Positions 1 to 12,967 of a stretch of DNA of 64,000 bases are shown piece after piece. The translations under genes and the position numbers were made by a program. The notes beneath the pieces are model-generated. The model saw nothing but the letters and a program-made list of their open reading frames with translations, did no database searches and was not told the origin of the DNA. Origin of the DNA: Raillietiella orientalis (lineage: Eukaryota); NCBI GenBank assembly GCA_036172245.1, contig JAYWIR010000001.1, forward strand, positions 10,726,001 through 10,790,000, given 5' to 3'. The first letter of the stretch is position 1. Each line of letters starts with the position of its first letter.

Positions 1-35
1 ACAAGGATATCAACAAAAGAGGTTCTGCAACTTAC

Positions 36-2697
36 GATCTGTGGTCTCCAAGGGTTCTGGGATCAAATCAGCTGGGCATGAACTGGACTCTTTAACCTCT
101 GTAAAAGAGGTTGTTCTAGCAATAGTTCTCTTTTTCAGCCTGTTATCCACGGGCTTTGGTGCAGGTTTCTGTCCAGGAAGTGGTACAGACACTCCTTGAG
201 CTTTTAAAGCCTCCAGCATGGCTAAGGCACGAGCTTTGTCAACCTTCTGCTTAGATGTCAACAATTTCCCTTCATCCTTCATTTTCTGCATCCGTTCTTT
301 TTTCTTCTGCTTCTCCCTTTCTTTACGCTGCTGTTGAAGTTGGGCCTGAGCAGAAACCAGTTACATACTGCTGGTTATCAACAAGTCTAACGCAAACCTG
401 CAGCAACTTTTTCTTTTCGTGTTCTTCTTCTGCTCGGATCCTTTCTTCTTCTTGCTTTCTGAGGGCATCTTCTTCTTCCTGAATTTTTCTTAATCGTTCT
501 TGCATAGCAGCTAGCATTTTCTTGCCCGGTCCCTTTTTTTTGGAATCAGCTTCTTTCTCTTCCTTTTCTTTCGTCTTCTTCTTTTTGACATCTTTTTTTT
601 TAAGCTTTTTATCTTCTTCGGAGACCATAGCCAACTAATTCAGAATCCCAAGTTCTTACCTGACTCATTTTCATCTGTTACTTCTTCTTGTCCTTCTTTC
701 TCATTCCTTAAATCAATATCTTCAGCTACACTTGAGGGCTTGGAGGTTTCCTCTGGAACTGATTGAGATTTCAAAGGTTTCTTAGGTGCTGCTGCCTTCG
801 AAAATTTTTCAGATGGTTCAGTAGAAGGCACATCCTTCTGTAAGGTTTCTTTAGAAAGCTTTTCTTTGGGAGGCTTTTCCTTGGGTTTCTCTTTTTGAGG
901 TTTCACTGTATCGCTTTTTTTTTTATTTTGCTTATTCTTGTCTTTGACTTGATCTTCATCTTGCTCAGCTGCTGGTTCGTCTGCTTTTTGCTTTGTTTTC
1001 GAAACAGGCTTTTCTCCACTGTACTCCAATTGCAATTCTGCTAAGATTTCATCAAGATCTTCTTCCTGGATATCCTTCTTCTTTCTGGTTTTCTTTCCTT
1101 TAGTCTTATTGCTTTTTTCCTTATTTTTTTCATCAATCAGTTCAATGATATCCAAATCGCGAGCCTCCTTGGCTATTTCACGTTTGGGCTTAGTTTCCAC
1201 TTTGAAATCCAGATCTACTTCTTTCACAGGCGAACCTTCATGTTCGGAGTCAGAAACGTGGTAATCTTCCACATCAAGCAAAGTGAAGACAGATTTTTTG
1301 GAACTTTTATAATTTGCTTCATCTGCAAAATCCAAAGTTTTGTGTTTATTAAGTTGAGAAAACACATCCAAATCATCATCATCTTCATCTTCTAAATGTA
1401 CTTTTTTCTCCTTTTTCTATTAACAGAAAAAGCCAATCAAAGGAGTCCAACAAAGAGAAAAAATATAACATGATACATTTATTTTAAATTTCTCAAGTAA
1501 TACAAATTATTCAGAAAATGCTGTTTAGATTGCTGCATATGAACTGCCACTTCATTTTGTTATTTGAATGTATTAACAAATACACTCAGAAGCCTAAAAT
1601 GGAAAATCATATTTGCTTTGATTCATCCGCCATTCCTGCAAAGAATCTCAATAGACAGACCAATACATTTCAATCAGCCTGCCAACAATCCATTTCCAAG
1701 CTAAAAAACACAGTAGTTTCAAACTACAAAGTGGAAAATATGACTTGAAAATTTTCCTCATTCAAATCTGGTTGATCAACACAGAACCTTCTTGTATGAT
1801 GAGAAATTGACCATTATGCATTGTGGCATGGCAGAGTTACCTTACAAGAATGAAAGGACCAACCAACCGATATCCATGTGTAAAGGAACAAGTATTGAAA
1901 ACATTCCATTTCCCCGTAATACAGAGGTTTCACACAGAAATGAAAATCATCAGAACAAAAAACAGTTTGCAAAACCTCTGAAAATCACACAAAACATCAC
2001 ACAGCAAATCACACAAAACATCTGAAACGCAAATCAGACTAATAAAATTCTAAAGCAAAGAGCATACGTTAAATAACGAGAAAAACAATCATAAACAATT
2101 TGAGAATACATTATTTAAATTTCAATGTACAGAAAAAGGTGGTGGTTTAAAAGAAATTTGTACATGCTTTTGACAAAGTGCACCCTCAAATGAACAATTT
2201 AACAAAGCTTCAATTAGAGAACACTACTCAAGAAAAACATCTTCACAGAAATAAAAGTCACTGAATTCCAACAGAATAAGACTTATCTTTGATGGACAAA
2301 CATTACTTTTGATCTTTTCATGTTGAAGGCATAAAAGGGTACAATGAATACTGGCAAAAAATTGACATGCAGCTGTAATTTTAATCAATAAATAATCTAA
2401 GTCCTCGGCATGAAGAACAAGAGAATACTTTTCATTTACAAAATGACTCTGGAAATTAAGGTACCTTTTTCTTTTTTTCCTTTACAGCATGTGACAGCAA
2501 ATTTTCTGTATTCTCCAAGTCCTCACTTTTTGATTCCTTTTTTTTCTTGGATTTAGATTTTTCCTTTACATTGTCTTCAATTATGGCTTTATTATCTGGC
2601 ATGTCATCGTCACTTCTAAAATGTGTGCTTTTAAACAGTCTCTGAAGGAACAGACTTACGTATCTTTTTCTCGTTTTCCTTTTTTTTGCTTCACCAT
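36..2697 (-). CDS. eIF5B: Eukaryotic translation initiation factor 5B, N-terminal charged region (partial; gene continues beyond window start)
   Basis: Exons with GT-AG boundaries and consistent phases: 2697-2660 (MVKQKKGKREKDT), 2615-2465, 1416-660, 615-398, 345-36. The translation is K/E/D-rich and includes KKKGPGKKMLAAMQERL and RKEREKQKKKERMQKMKDEGKLLTSKQK..RALAMLEALKAQG, which match the conserved pre-GTPase segment of eIF5B. The GTPase domain lies outside the window. Confidence 0.85.
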
Positions 2698-2738
2698 TTT
2701 CAATTCAAGTAACTCATGCAGTAGGAAATAATTGTTTT

Positions 2739-2784
2739 AATTTACATTAACTGAAAACCTCAATTTACATTAACTGAAAAGCTC
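2739..2784. repeat. 23-bp tandem duplication upstream of the eIF5B start codon
   Basis: AATTTACATTAACTGAAAACCTC followed directly by AATTTACATTAACTGAAAAGCTC (1 mismatch). Confidence 0.9.
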
Positions 2785-3072
2785 AAACCACATGTTTCAG
2801 GTTGATTTTGCTTAGAATCTCCGCTGTATCATAATGAAGCTTTTGAAAAAACAGTTTCTGATGGAAAACTCAACAAAAAGAATCTTTTAATATCATTTTC
2901 GTGAAATCAGACGATATTAAAATGTCTCCCGTTTTTGTATCATAATGAATATAATGCATTACTACATATCTAAAGAAGCTGTCTACAGTCATCTAATTTA
3001 AGATATGCAATGAAGTAGTATTAAATCTAAAAATGAAATTCATATATTAAAACAAATTTAAAAGCTTATATA

Positions 3073-3073
<1 letters not shown>

Positions 3074-3102
<29 letters not shown>
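3074..3102. repeat. (CA)n microsatellite
   Basis: Uninterrupted AC/CA run. Confidence 0.95.
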
Positions 3103-3107
<5 letters not shown>

Positions 3108-4027
3108 AAATAAAATAAATACTGCAGTAATCATCAAAACCCAGCGCTTTAGTCACTAGGTCAGGACTACATACTGTGCTTTTTAGTATTACAAGTTTCA
3201 ATGTTTCACACTGATGGAATGCAGAAAGCTGTTCTCTAAATCTATCTAATAACGAAATGGGTGAATGAAACGGCATGCACAAGATGGATCATTGACTAAT
3301 AACCCGCTGCAACATGAATAAGCCGTGGTGTATTGAACTGATGTAGGATGCTATATCTATGATACATAACGACTAATCAACGTGAACAACAGAATCTGGA
3401 AGATATTTCCTGGGTGAGTACTGAGCTAAAACCGCTTCCGCAGCACCACCACACCGTGAGCTGCCACACGTTCCGCGTACTAAGGTTTAGCTTTTATAAC
3501 ACGTGGAGAATTACCACCATCACTGTTTCGGGATGGAGACCTTTTTTGCACATAAAATATGAAATTGGCGGTTTGGTCTCGAAGATTGGAAACACGACAC
3601 TAAATACTCGAATATAGACGAGATAAAAAAAAAAGGATAGGAAAAAAAGTGAAACGGTGCATCGATGAATGATGGGTCAATCTACCCAGAGTTGTGAAAG
3701 ACCAAAATTGAAATGAAAATATGAAAATCTTCAACAGGAAAAGAGAGCAGAATTTAGATTTTCAGCTTTCAAAATTTCATTTTGCATATATAAAGAACTT
3801 GAGAAATTAGGCACGATATCCAACCTAATTTTCATTTGTACATTGGACACTATAATGCATAACACTCAAGCAAAAATTGACTAGCTTTGAAATATGTTCT
3901 GCAGGAAATAGTTCTTCCATGACTTTTAGCAATTCTTTATAACTTTTAGGTAAATCTCCATTTATTGCAAAAATTCCATTTTCCATTCCCCTTGATACGT
4001 CTGTTGTGAAATCAAATCACAAAATTT

Positions 4028-4061
4028 CCACTGTCAAAATGACCTCTCATTTTGACAGTGG
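4028..4061. repeat. Perfect 15-bp inverted repeat with 4-nt loop
   Basis: CCACTGTCAAAATGA-CCTC-TCATTTTGACAGTGG. Confidence 0.9.
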
Positions 4062-6197
4062 TTTCTTATAGTTTCCGATATCCATTTTCGTAGAAGAAAA
4101 AGATGAATTGGAATTAGAATTTCTCATTTTGTTTTGTTTTGAAACAGATCTCCCGAAAATTCAAAAGTGAACTGGTTCACTTGGCCCTTACCAAATACAG
4201 GTCTTTCTTTTCTGCTGTTCCTGTCTTCTTCCAATTCTCAATCTTTTAGTTTGAAAAAAATTAAAAATATCGGAATGATCCCACGGAGAGTTCGTCTACC
4301 AGCCGAAATTCATTCAACTCGAAATTCTGAATTAATTTCAGTTATTCGGTGAAATCAGGAAACCAGTTAAACTGAGGTTTCTCTGAATTTCCAGGTTTCC
4401 ACACTGGTAACAAGTGAGCACCTCAGAGTTGAAACCGAAATAAAAGTTCGAGATTTCCAAGCAGGAGTTTGACCATAAATCCTAGTTTCGTATGGAACAC
4501 TCTGCCATTTGCTGTCTCATTGCGGCTCGTGCTAGATAGTTCTGGGTCCCGATAGTTTTTGTGTTGCTAAAAATCCTACCGAATCAGATATTCCACTTAC
4601 CTGAGTAACTGTGAACAGCGGAAACTCGCTTAGTGTGCGTTCATGGCACACTTGAACAAAGTATAATGGTACTTTATGGCAAGTGCCAAGGTTCTTGCAG
4701 TTGCTTTCATTGATCCCCAAGTCATCTCCTTTGTAATGGGCAGCAGCTTCCAGTGAGGAAGCGAAGGAATTGGGAACACGAAACATTAAATAGGGAATTT
4801 TTCCCATTGATAAGCAACTGAAATTCTGGCACTCCTGGAAACAATCTTTGGAAATCCTTAGTATGAATCTGCGGGTGATGGCACCGTTATAAAGAAAAAA
4901 GCTTCCACAAACGCATCCCTCTGCAGCTTGCAGCGCCTTGTCTTTCGGTAAGGACTGTGATGAATGAAACAGGTGAGCGGACTGCAAGAATCATTCAGAG
5001 TTCAGCTACGTGTACTCGGAAAAAGAGGAGGAAGGGGGAGAAGTGCCCAGAAAATTATTCTGCATCTTTCCCTCCTCTACGTAGCACGTGCCTTGGAAGT
5101 GCGCACTTTCGAGCGCTTGCAGTAAACCGGAGGAAACGGGCAGGGAAGGAGCACGCAACATCCTCATCAGCTCTCAGCTGGAGTGTCCTGCGGTGGGATG
5201 CCGTGTACGACGGTTCGAGATGAGGGAAAAAGAGCTTAGAAGGAGAGCTTAGAGACCATTCCGGTCAGAAGCAGAGGCAGCAGGGGATTCATAAGAGTGG
5301 AATGAGGTCACTCCGTGGTCCGACGATGCCACTGCCGCCCTAATGGCGATCCTCTTCGTTCAGCTGACGCCTGGGAGCCGCTCCCTTCGAACCACTACGG
5401 AGGCGGCAAAGAGTCGCTGATTCCGGAGGAGGTCCGTCAGTCTTCGCCGAAAGCGTGCACGTGGTGAGATAGAGAGCGGGTTGGCAGGGAGAGGAACGAA
5501 GTCGCGGAGCTCATCCTGTGATTTCTTTTGGACCACCACATCTCTCCGGTTGGCGGCGTGTCGCGCGATCCACGCAGATGCACGAGGCTGCTGGAACGAT
5601 GTGGCCGCCTCCAGCAAGGGTTCCGCGGATGCAAGGGTAAGGGAAGACCCAACTCCCGCACATAGCAGCCTAGCACATACCCAATCCACAAACTTCCCTG
5701 GTGAAGGAAGACGCCAGCCGCGACGCTGCTCGCTCAGCTGGCATCCCGTGCAGCTTCGAGGATCCCAAAGCGACGACCCCGGAGCTGGAGATGCTGGCAG
5801 GGTTCCGTGAAACCCCGCCTTCTTCCAGCTGCTCGGCAGATCTCGCCTGTCTCCCTTCCCTCCTTGCCCTGGCTCTCCTGGGAGAGAGAGAGGCGTCGTC
5901 CCGCACGCCAACAGACGGAGAGGGCGGAAAGCCAGCTCCCGGAGTCAGGGTTTCCTTCCCACCGGGGCAAGGGAGGAGCCGGATGGAGGTTGTTCGCTGG
6001 TTCCCTGTTCGGAGCCGGCGATCTGGCAAACGATGCTGCTGCTGCTGCTTCCAGCGTCGGTGGCGGGACTCTTCATGAGGTGGAGTGAAGCGTCCTCGGA
6101 GCAGACGTTCCTCCGCCCGAGCAACCCCAGGAGCTCTGCCGGAATTGCCCTTTCTTTCGTCGCCTCCTTCCGCCTCTGGCGCTTTCGTTTCTTTCAC

Positions 6198-6203
6198 TTT
6201 ATT
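6198..6203 (-). terminator. Candidate polyadenylation signal of PEPCK
   Basis: AATAAA on the minus strand about 160 nt after the PEPCK stop, in an otherwise GC-rich context. Confidence 0.6.
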
Positions 6204-6237
6204 ACCTACTGCTCTTCGGGACCGTACAAGAGCGGAA

Positions 6238-6282
6238 CAGCAGCAGCAGCGGCGACGGCAACAGCAGCAGCAGCAGCAGCAG
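6238..6282. repeat. Interrupted (CAG)n / (CTG)n trinucleotide repeat in the PEPCK 3' UTR
   Basis: (CAG)4 at 6238-6249 and (CAG)7 at 6262-6282. Confidence 0.9.
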
Positions 6283-6359
6283 CGGGCGAGGGGCCGGCGA
6301 CGCGACGGGGCCGGTGGCAGGCGGGCGGACGCGCGAAGAGGCCCGAGGGAAAGACGCTC

Positions 6360-8842
6360 TCAGGGCAGCTGCATCACGCGCGCCTTCAGCTTCTCCAGCT
6401 CATCCCAGATTTCTTGCGGCAGGTCGTCTCCGACCTGCTCTTCGAAGTACTTCCGGTTTTCCTCGATCTAAGGATACAGGAAGGGGGAGAGGGTGGAGGA
6501 AGGAGGAAGGAGGGCGAGTCGGACACGGTCCCTTGGATGGCTCTGCCCTTACGTCCTCCAACCAGTAGTCCTTCGGTATCCGGAAGAGCTCCTCCAGGTC
6601 TATGTTCTTGTCTTCCAGGCCTTCCATGTTAAGGGAGTCCAACTTGGGGATGTATCCGATGCAGGTTTTCTGGGCAACGTCTTCGCCGCGCACGCGACGT
6701 ATGATCCAGTCCAGCACTCTTGAGTTCTCCCCGAATCCGGGCCACAGAAAGTTGCCCTGAAGAGAGAGGGTGAGCAAAGAGGAGGCAAAGCGAGAGAGCT
6801 CCCCAGCCCCGGGAGGGGAGGTGCCAGGGTCAGTCCACTCACCGCTTTGTCCTTGCGGAACCAGTTCACGTGGAAGATGCGGGGCAGCTTCAGCGAGGGC
6901 TTGTCCTTGAAGCTCAGCCAGTGCCTGAGGTAGTGGCCGAAGTTGTAGCCAAAGAAGGGTCGCATGGCGAACGGGTCGTGCATGATCTCCTTGCCCTGAG
7001 GGGAGGGAGAGAAGAGCAACCATCAGCTTCCGACTCTTCGTTTCTCTCCGCGTGCACGTGCAACTCACGTGAAACTCTGCTGCCGCCGTGGCCTCCGACT
7101 TCATGCACGCGGCTATAAACACCCCGTGGGTCCAATCGAAGGCCTCGTAAACGAGAGGGACGCCCGAGGGACGTCGACCGCCGAAGAGCATGGCGCACAC
7201 CGGCACGCCGTCGGGATCTTCCCAGTGGGAGTCGAGCATGGGGCACTGGGCGCACGGCGAGGTGAACCTGGAGTTGGGGTGGGCTGCGGGCTTCCCACAG
7301 CCCGGGGTCCAAGCCTCCTTCAACCACGAGGTCACGGTCACCCCCGGGAGGAGGTCCTCGCCCATGCCCTCCCAGTAGACTCCCCCGTCGCTGGTCTTGG
7401 CCACGTTCGTGAAGACCGTGTTGCGGAAGATGGTCTTCATGGCGATGGGGTTGGACTTCCACGAAGTGCCTGAGGGAAAAGATAAGGACGGAGGGAAGGG
7501 GACGATCGCTCGGGAGGCGGCGAAAAGATCAGCAGCGGGTCCGCTGCTGCTGCCACCGCTCCTTACCGGGTGCCACCCCGAAGAATCCGTTCTCCGGATT
7601 GATAGCGCGGAGCGCGCCCTGGGAGTCGAAGCGCATCCAGGCGATGTCGTCGCCCACGCAGGTCGTGTGGTACCCCTTGAGCACGGGGGTGATCATAGCC
7701 AGGTTGGTCTTGCCGCAGGCGCTGGGGAATGCCCCGGTGATGTAGCGTTTCGCTCCCGTGGGGTCGGTGATCCCCAGGATCTGCAGGATTGAAGCAGTGA
7801 GGAGGAAGCGGGGCGAGATGAGGAGGAGGACTTAAAGATGCGCGAGACGGACGAGAGATCGGGAAGAGAGGCAACGCGTCTCCCTTCTCCCTCCTCCTCC
7901 TCCTCCGCCACCGCGGCGTAGCCGCCTGACCCACCAGCATGTGCTCGGCGAACCAGCCCTCGTTCCGGGCGATGGTGGAGCCAATGCGCAGGGCGAAACA
8001 CTTCTTTCCCAGCAAGGAGTTGCCCCCATAGCCGCTGCCGAAGGACACGATCTCATCGGTGTGGGGCAGGTGCAAGACAAGGGTCTTCTCCGGATTGCAG
8101 GGCCAGTTCTGCCGCAGGGGCCGCTCCAGAGGGTAAGGCTCCCCCACGGAGTGCAGGCAGCGGACGAAGTGCCCGTCGCCAAGCAGCTGCAGGACCCGAG
8201 GACTGATCCTGGTCATGATGCGCATGCAGGCGACCACGTATGGGGAGTCGGTCAGCTCGATGCCGATCTTGGACAGCGGCGATCCCAGTGGACCCATGCT
8301 GAACGGGATGACGTGCATCGTACGACCTGGAGGAAAGGGGTGGCCGTTGCGGTCCCCCTGCTCGCGGCAGCGACCCCGCCGCCCTTCTCACCCCGCATGC
8401 ACCCGGGGAACCGTTCGTCCACGGCCTTCTTCAGGTCTGCCGGGGACAACCAGTTGCCCAGCTTCCCCTTGACTCCGGGCTTGAGGATAGGATGCGATTC
8501 CCTCTCCTCCTCGGTGCAAATGAAGGTCTTCTCTTCTACCCGGGCGACATCAGCCGGATCTGTGTGGACCAGCCAGCTGGGAAAGGGAAGAGGGGTCAGT
8601 TAAACCCCGTGGCGCGTCTCCCCCTCCCCTCACCAGTTCTCGTACTTGGGCAGGGGCTCGATGAGCCCCTGCTTCAGCATGACCTCGATGAGGAGCTTCC
8701 CCTCCGCCGGCGATCCGTCCGAGATGTGCAGGTTGTAGGGCTTGCAGAACTCGATATTCTTCGCCACGAACTCTTTTACGTTCGAGGGAAGCAGGCTGAC
8801 GTCACCGAAGACGACCGGAATGCCACAGAAGATGTTCGACAT
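6360..8842 (-). CDS. Pepck: Phosphoenolpyruvate carboxykinase, GTP-dependent
   Basis: Eight exons with GT-AG introns of 57-154 nt: 8842-8634, 8576-8392, 8326-7935, 7780-7567, 7469-7069, 6995-6843, 6756-6553, 6467-6360. Total 1866 nt = 621 aa plus stop. Diagnostic motifs are intact: [107 protein letters not shown]. Confidence 0.97.
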
Positions 8843-11800
8843 CTTGGAGCACGTGGTAGTTGTGGTGGCCAAAGGGTTGTTTTCTGTTGCTAGAAACACC
8901 GGCGGAAAATCAGCGGGGTGGAGGCCGCACCGTGGCGCCCGATACGTAGCAGGAGAGGGAGCGCCAGGGGGGGGAGGGGAAGAAGCCGAAGACAAAGTGC
9001 GGCGTGCGCAGCGATCCAGGTCAGATCCAGCGACCATCCGCCCTTCTCCCCCTCCCCAGCAGGGAAAGACGCTGCCAGGAGGATGCCGAAGCAAGGGGGC
9101 GAAAGAGAAGGGTAGGGAGAAAATCCTATGACCTCTGACCCTTCCCTCTCTCCCGTAAGTCTCCGCCCGGACGGTGTCTCTTCCGTTGCCACTACCACCA
9201 TCAGCATCACCAGCAGCAACAGATGGTCTGCGTAGAGGGAAGGAGCTGAGGTCGCAGGGACGCTTCGGGGCCGCTTTCTCTCTTGAAAGAGGCCACAGAT
9301 CCCCATCCCTCCCCTTTTCAAGGGGCCGTCGCCGCCATGTCAGACACACACGCACACAGACTGTACGTACAAGAAGGGAAGAGGCACGAGGAACCTTAGC
9401 TGCTCCCACCGGCCGCACAGGGAACCTCCGAGTGACTGGCACCTCCGAGTGGCAAAAGGCACCTTCCCGGCCTTCGCGACGCGCGCGCGCACCGCATCTG
9501 CTCAGAAGAGAGAGCGCGGCTGAGGGAAGAGGAACGGGAGGAGACGACGAAGAGACGATGGGGAGAGAGCGAGCGAGAGGTGGCGGGGGAGGACGAGGAG
9601 GAAAGGAAAAGAAGGTCGCGCTTCTCTTCCTCCTCCGATTCCTTCCCCTCCCCTTTCGCCCTTCCCGCCCGTCGTTGCAGCAGAGAGGAGGTTCGGCCGG
9701 CCGCGGGGTTTCCCACGCGGCCACCGCGCATGCGCGCGCCCGCTCCTCGACCGGATCGATTCGACGCTGCTCGAGAGGGGGCAGTGGCGAACCAGTAGCA
9801 ACTGCCGCCAGCAGACGCGCGAGCGCGTTCCTCTCCTCACCCCCTCTTCCCTTTTCCGCCGAGGCGGCTCCGGCAGCCAGCCTCCTGATCCCAGCGAGAG
9901 GAGGAAACGGAAAGTGGGTCAGGGCCAGCCCGAACAGAACCTTCCTGCTGCCCTTTTCCTCATTTTCGCCCTTGAGCAAGAATTCCCTTTGGCGTGCCAA
10001 TCACCCCCCCCAGCCCCGTCGATCTCTGTGGTGAGCAAGAGACACGGAGAGGGATGGTCCTCTTCCAGGATTGTCCTTCCTTCCCCTCGCATTCCCCCCT
10101 CCCCCTCCAAGACTTTTGGCGGCTGCACGTCCCGGGAGGAAGAAAAAAGAAAAAAGGGGACGCGGTGGGATCGAGCGGGCAAAGGAGGTGGATCCTGGAA
10201 TTCCCAGGGCTCCCTGGAACAAGCCCTCTGCTCCCCTCCCCGGACCGAGCTCTAAGGGGCTCGCTCCCCCAAGCTGATTCCTCCGGGCAAGGCACTCGCT
10301 CGCCATCCGGGGGGAGCTCAGGAGGGCTATCAAGGACATGGGATCGATCCCTCTTTGTGACATTGAAAAGGTCGGGAGGAGTAGGCGCCGACCGGCGGGA
10401 TACCCCAACGCAAGGAGACGGTCCAAGTACACCAAGCGAGGACTCTCTGTACCCTCCCTCTTTCTCCAGTGGGGAAGGAAAGGGGGACGCGGAAGACGAA
10501 AAAGACTTCAGCCAAGGAAGAGCGAAGGAAACCAACCCTGAGGGTGCTTTTGGATCGTACCCCCCTCCCCTTCACGTTCCGTGGATTCACCCCAGTCGCT
10601 GCATCCGACAGCGGCGGACGCAAGCTGCAGCTTACTGAAGGGCGGACCAAGCAGGTAGACGCGGTCTGAGGAGCGGGAGGACCCATGCAGAGTGCCCTCG
10701 GCAGTTTCATCTGGAACGGCTCCGCTGCCGGAGATGGCTTCTTCGTCCCTCTCCGTCCTCGATGCGTGGGGGGGAGGGGGATGCGAACCGGCACTGGGGA
10801 ACGAGGCAATCATCACCATCCGCGAAGGCTCCGTGGGCATCCCCTCTGCAGACCCGTCAGGGGCTCCGCGCGACGCCCCAGCGGAACGTTTCCCTTCCAG
10901 GAACGAAAACGCCAAGACTTTCCGGGGGATGAAATCTGCTGCTGCTCTCCCCTTTCCCGGGCGAAACTTCACCTTGACTCTTCGCCCGAGAGCGAGTTTC
11001 CGGGAAGCAGGTCCGCGCAAGGGGAGAACCGAGAAAAGGCCGAGGACGCGTCGAGCCAACGGCATGTCGGATGCTTGCACGGGTGCGCGGCACGCCAAGC
11101 CGTGCTTTGAAAGTCGTCCGGGATTGGATGGCGGGGGCGGGAGAAGGGGGGGGGGGGACTGCATCCCCCACTCTTGCAAACGGTGAAGACCGAGGCTTCT
11201 GACAAGCAGGCTGCATCGCCCGAACGGAGAGAGCAGGTCTCCCCCCCTGCCCCTCCCCAGAACCGAGGGGGCGCTCACACCGACTCCTGGTGCAACTCTC
11301 ACGAAAATGCTCCCTCTCTCCCCAGCACGTGCTTCCTTCGACGACTGCGAACAGATGATGCCTGGCGATGGAGACACCTCTCCCGCCTCGTTGGGTTCCG
11401 ATGCTTCTCGCTCCGAGGAGCACCCCGGCGGCCCCGGTCAGCCGGGGCGCGGCGCGCGGAGCGAAGCAGTGGCGGAGGAAGCCGCTCCTATGCATGCTGA
11501 CGGGAGGTATACTCTGTCGGAGGAGGAGGAGGAGTCAGCAGCTCGTTCACCCGTTTTGCTCACTCTTCGACGGGAAGCGCGCGGCCGGACAGCAGCAGCG
11601 GAAGTGTCGTGTCCGTCGCCTCCTTGCCCGCTGGCTTTTTTGTGTCCGATCCGCTTCCGCTGATTGTTGCAGGTGCTCCGCGTGCGAGGCTCGCCATTGT
11701 TGCTTCGCTTCGGCTCGACGCCATTTTTTTTTCTTTTCCCCCTTGTGTTTTCAGTGTCCTTCTGCAGGCAGAGAGCGTCTGCATTTTCAAGTCTCCGAGC

Positions 11801-12967
11801 GTCTGTTTCGTCAGGGGGGACTCCCGAGAGTCCGGGGTGCTAGAAGGAAGGCATGGGTGTCGCTCGTCAGCCACACGGGAACCGGAAGCGCCACTTGGTT
11901 CTAAGCTCTTCCGCGCGCACCTGCTGCTGTTTTCCGAGGCATTGCGCACGGAGGCTCTGCGGTCAACGCTCGTGTTGAACCGACGCGCTTTCTCCGAACG
12001 TAATACGGGAAGAACCGCTCCGGGGTGGCTGCCGGTCCGTGGGGTCCGTCGCTTCGCTGCAAGACACCAGCGGCGCCTAAACCAACGCGGAGGAGGAGCG
12101 GCATCAGCTCGAACTTTGTGGCTCTTGGCATTCCTGAAGTCTCATCCCCCTTGGGTTCGTCGGTTTCCAAAGCAACCTCCGCGCGCATCGGGCGATTTCC
12201 AGCGCGCTCCGCCGACCCCTTCCACCTCGAGATAAGCGTTCTTGCGGCCCCTCTCTTTCTAGATAAGATACGCATGCATCCTTTGGTTCAGATGCTACTC
12301 CAACCTTGCTTTCCGACGCAGATGGGGCCCATGCCAGTGGTTATTTATCGCCTTTAAAGAACTGCATACACAAGCTGCCCCGCGCAGCATCGCCTGCTCT
12401 TCACCCGGCGCCAGAGCTGCCACCACGTTCAGCACAAGGGAACGAAGCACAGGTCCTCAAGCGCGAAATCCGTTCTTGTTTAGCCTTCCCTCCTCAAAGG
12501 GACGGAATCTTGGCCTTCAGTTTCGAGAGCAGGAAAGACTCCTCTCCCCAAACTGGTTTTCACCTAGGGTGCGTCCTGAAAGTCGGGTGTTCCGTGAACG
12601 AAAATTCCTTGGGGTCGCAACTCTGAAGACTTGCCCATGACTTCTCGCCTCGTTAGTTCCAGCCGCAGCTTTGCCCATATGCGCACCTACACTCTTATCA
12701 CCAAGTGAATTTCCTTCTGAGAAAGAACGCGACCCCCTACAAAAAGGTTGCGTGGGGGGGGGGGGGCAGCACAAAAAACGGAGTTCTGCGATTTCAGGGT
12801 TTCAAGACATTCCGTCTGTGCTTTGGAATCTTGATACGGTCACGTGTTTCCGTTCAAGATACTTCGCCCTAGTGAGCAGAGCTGGTATATGAAACCTCGT
12901 CCGGGAAACTACACAAAACACCACGCACCAACCATTCACGCAATTCCGGGAATGAGAAACGAATAAC

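Noticed and set aside
635-659. 25-nt intron in eIF5B (GTAAG...TTAG)
   Set aside because: It shifts the frame into a stop codon; the 44-nt alternative preserves the frame.
4532-4987. 151-aa ORF in the AT-rich block
   Set aside because: No recognisable homology or convincing exon chain.
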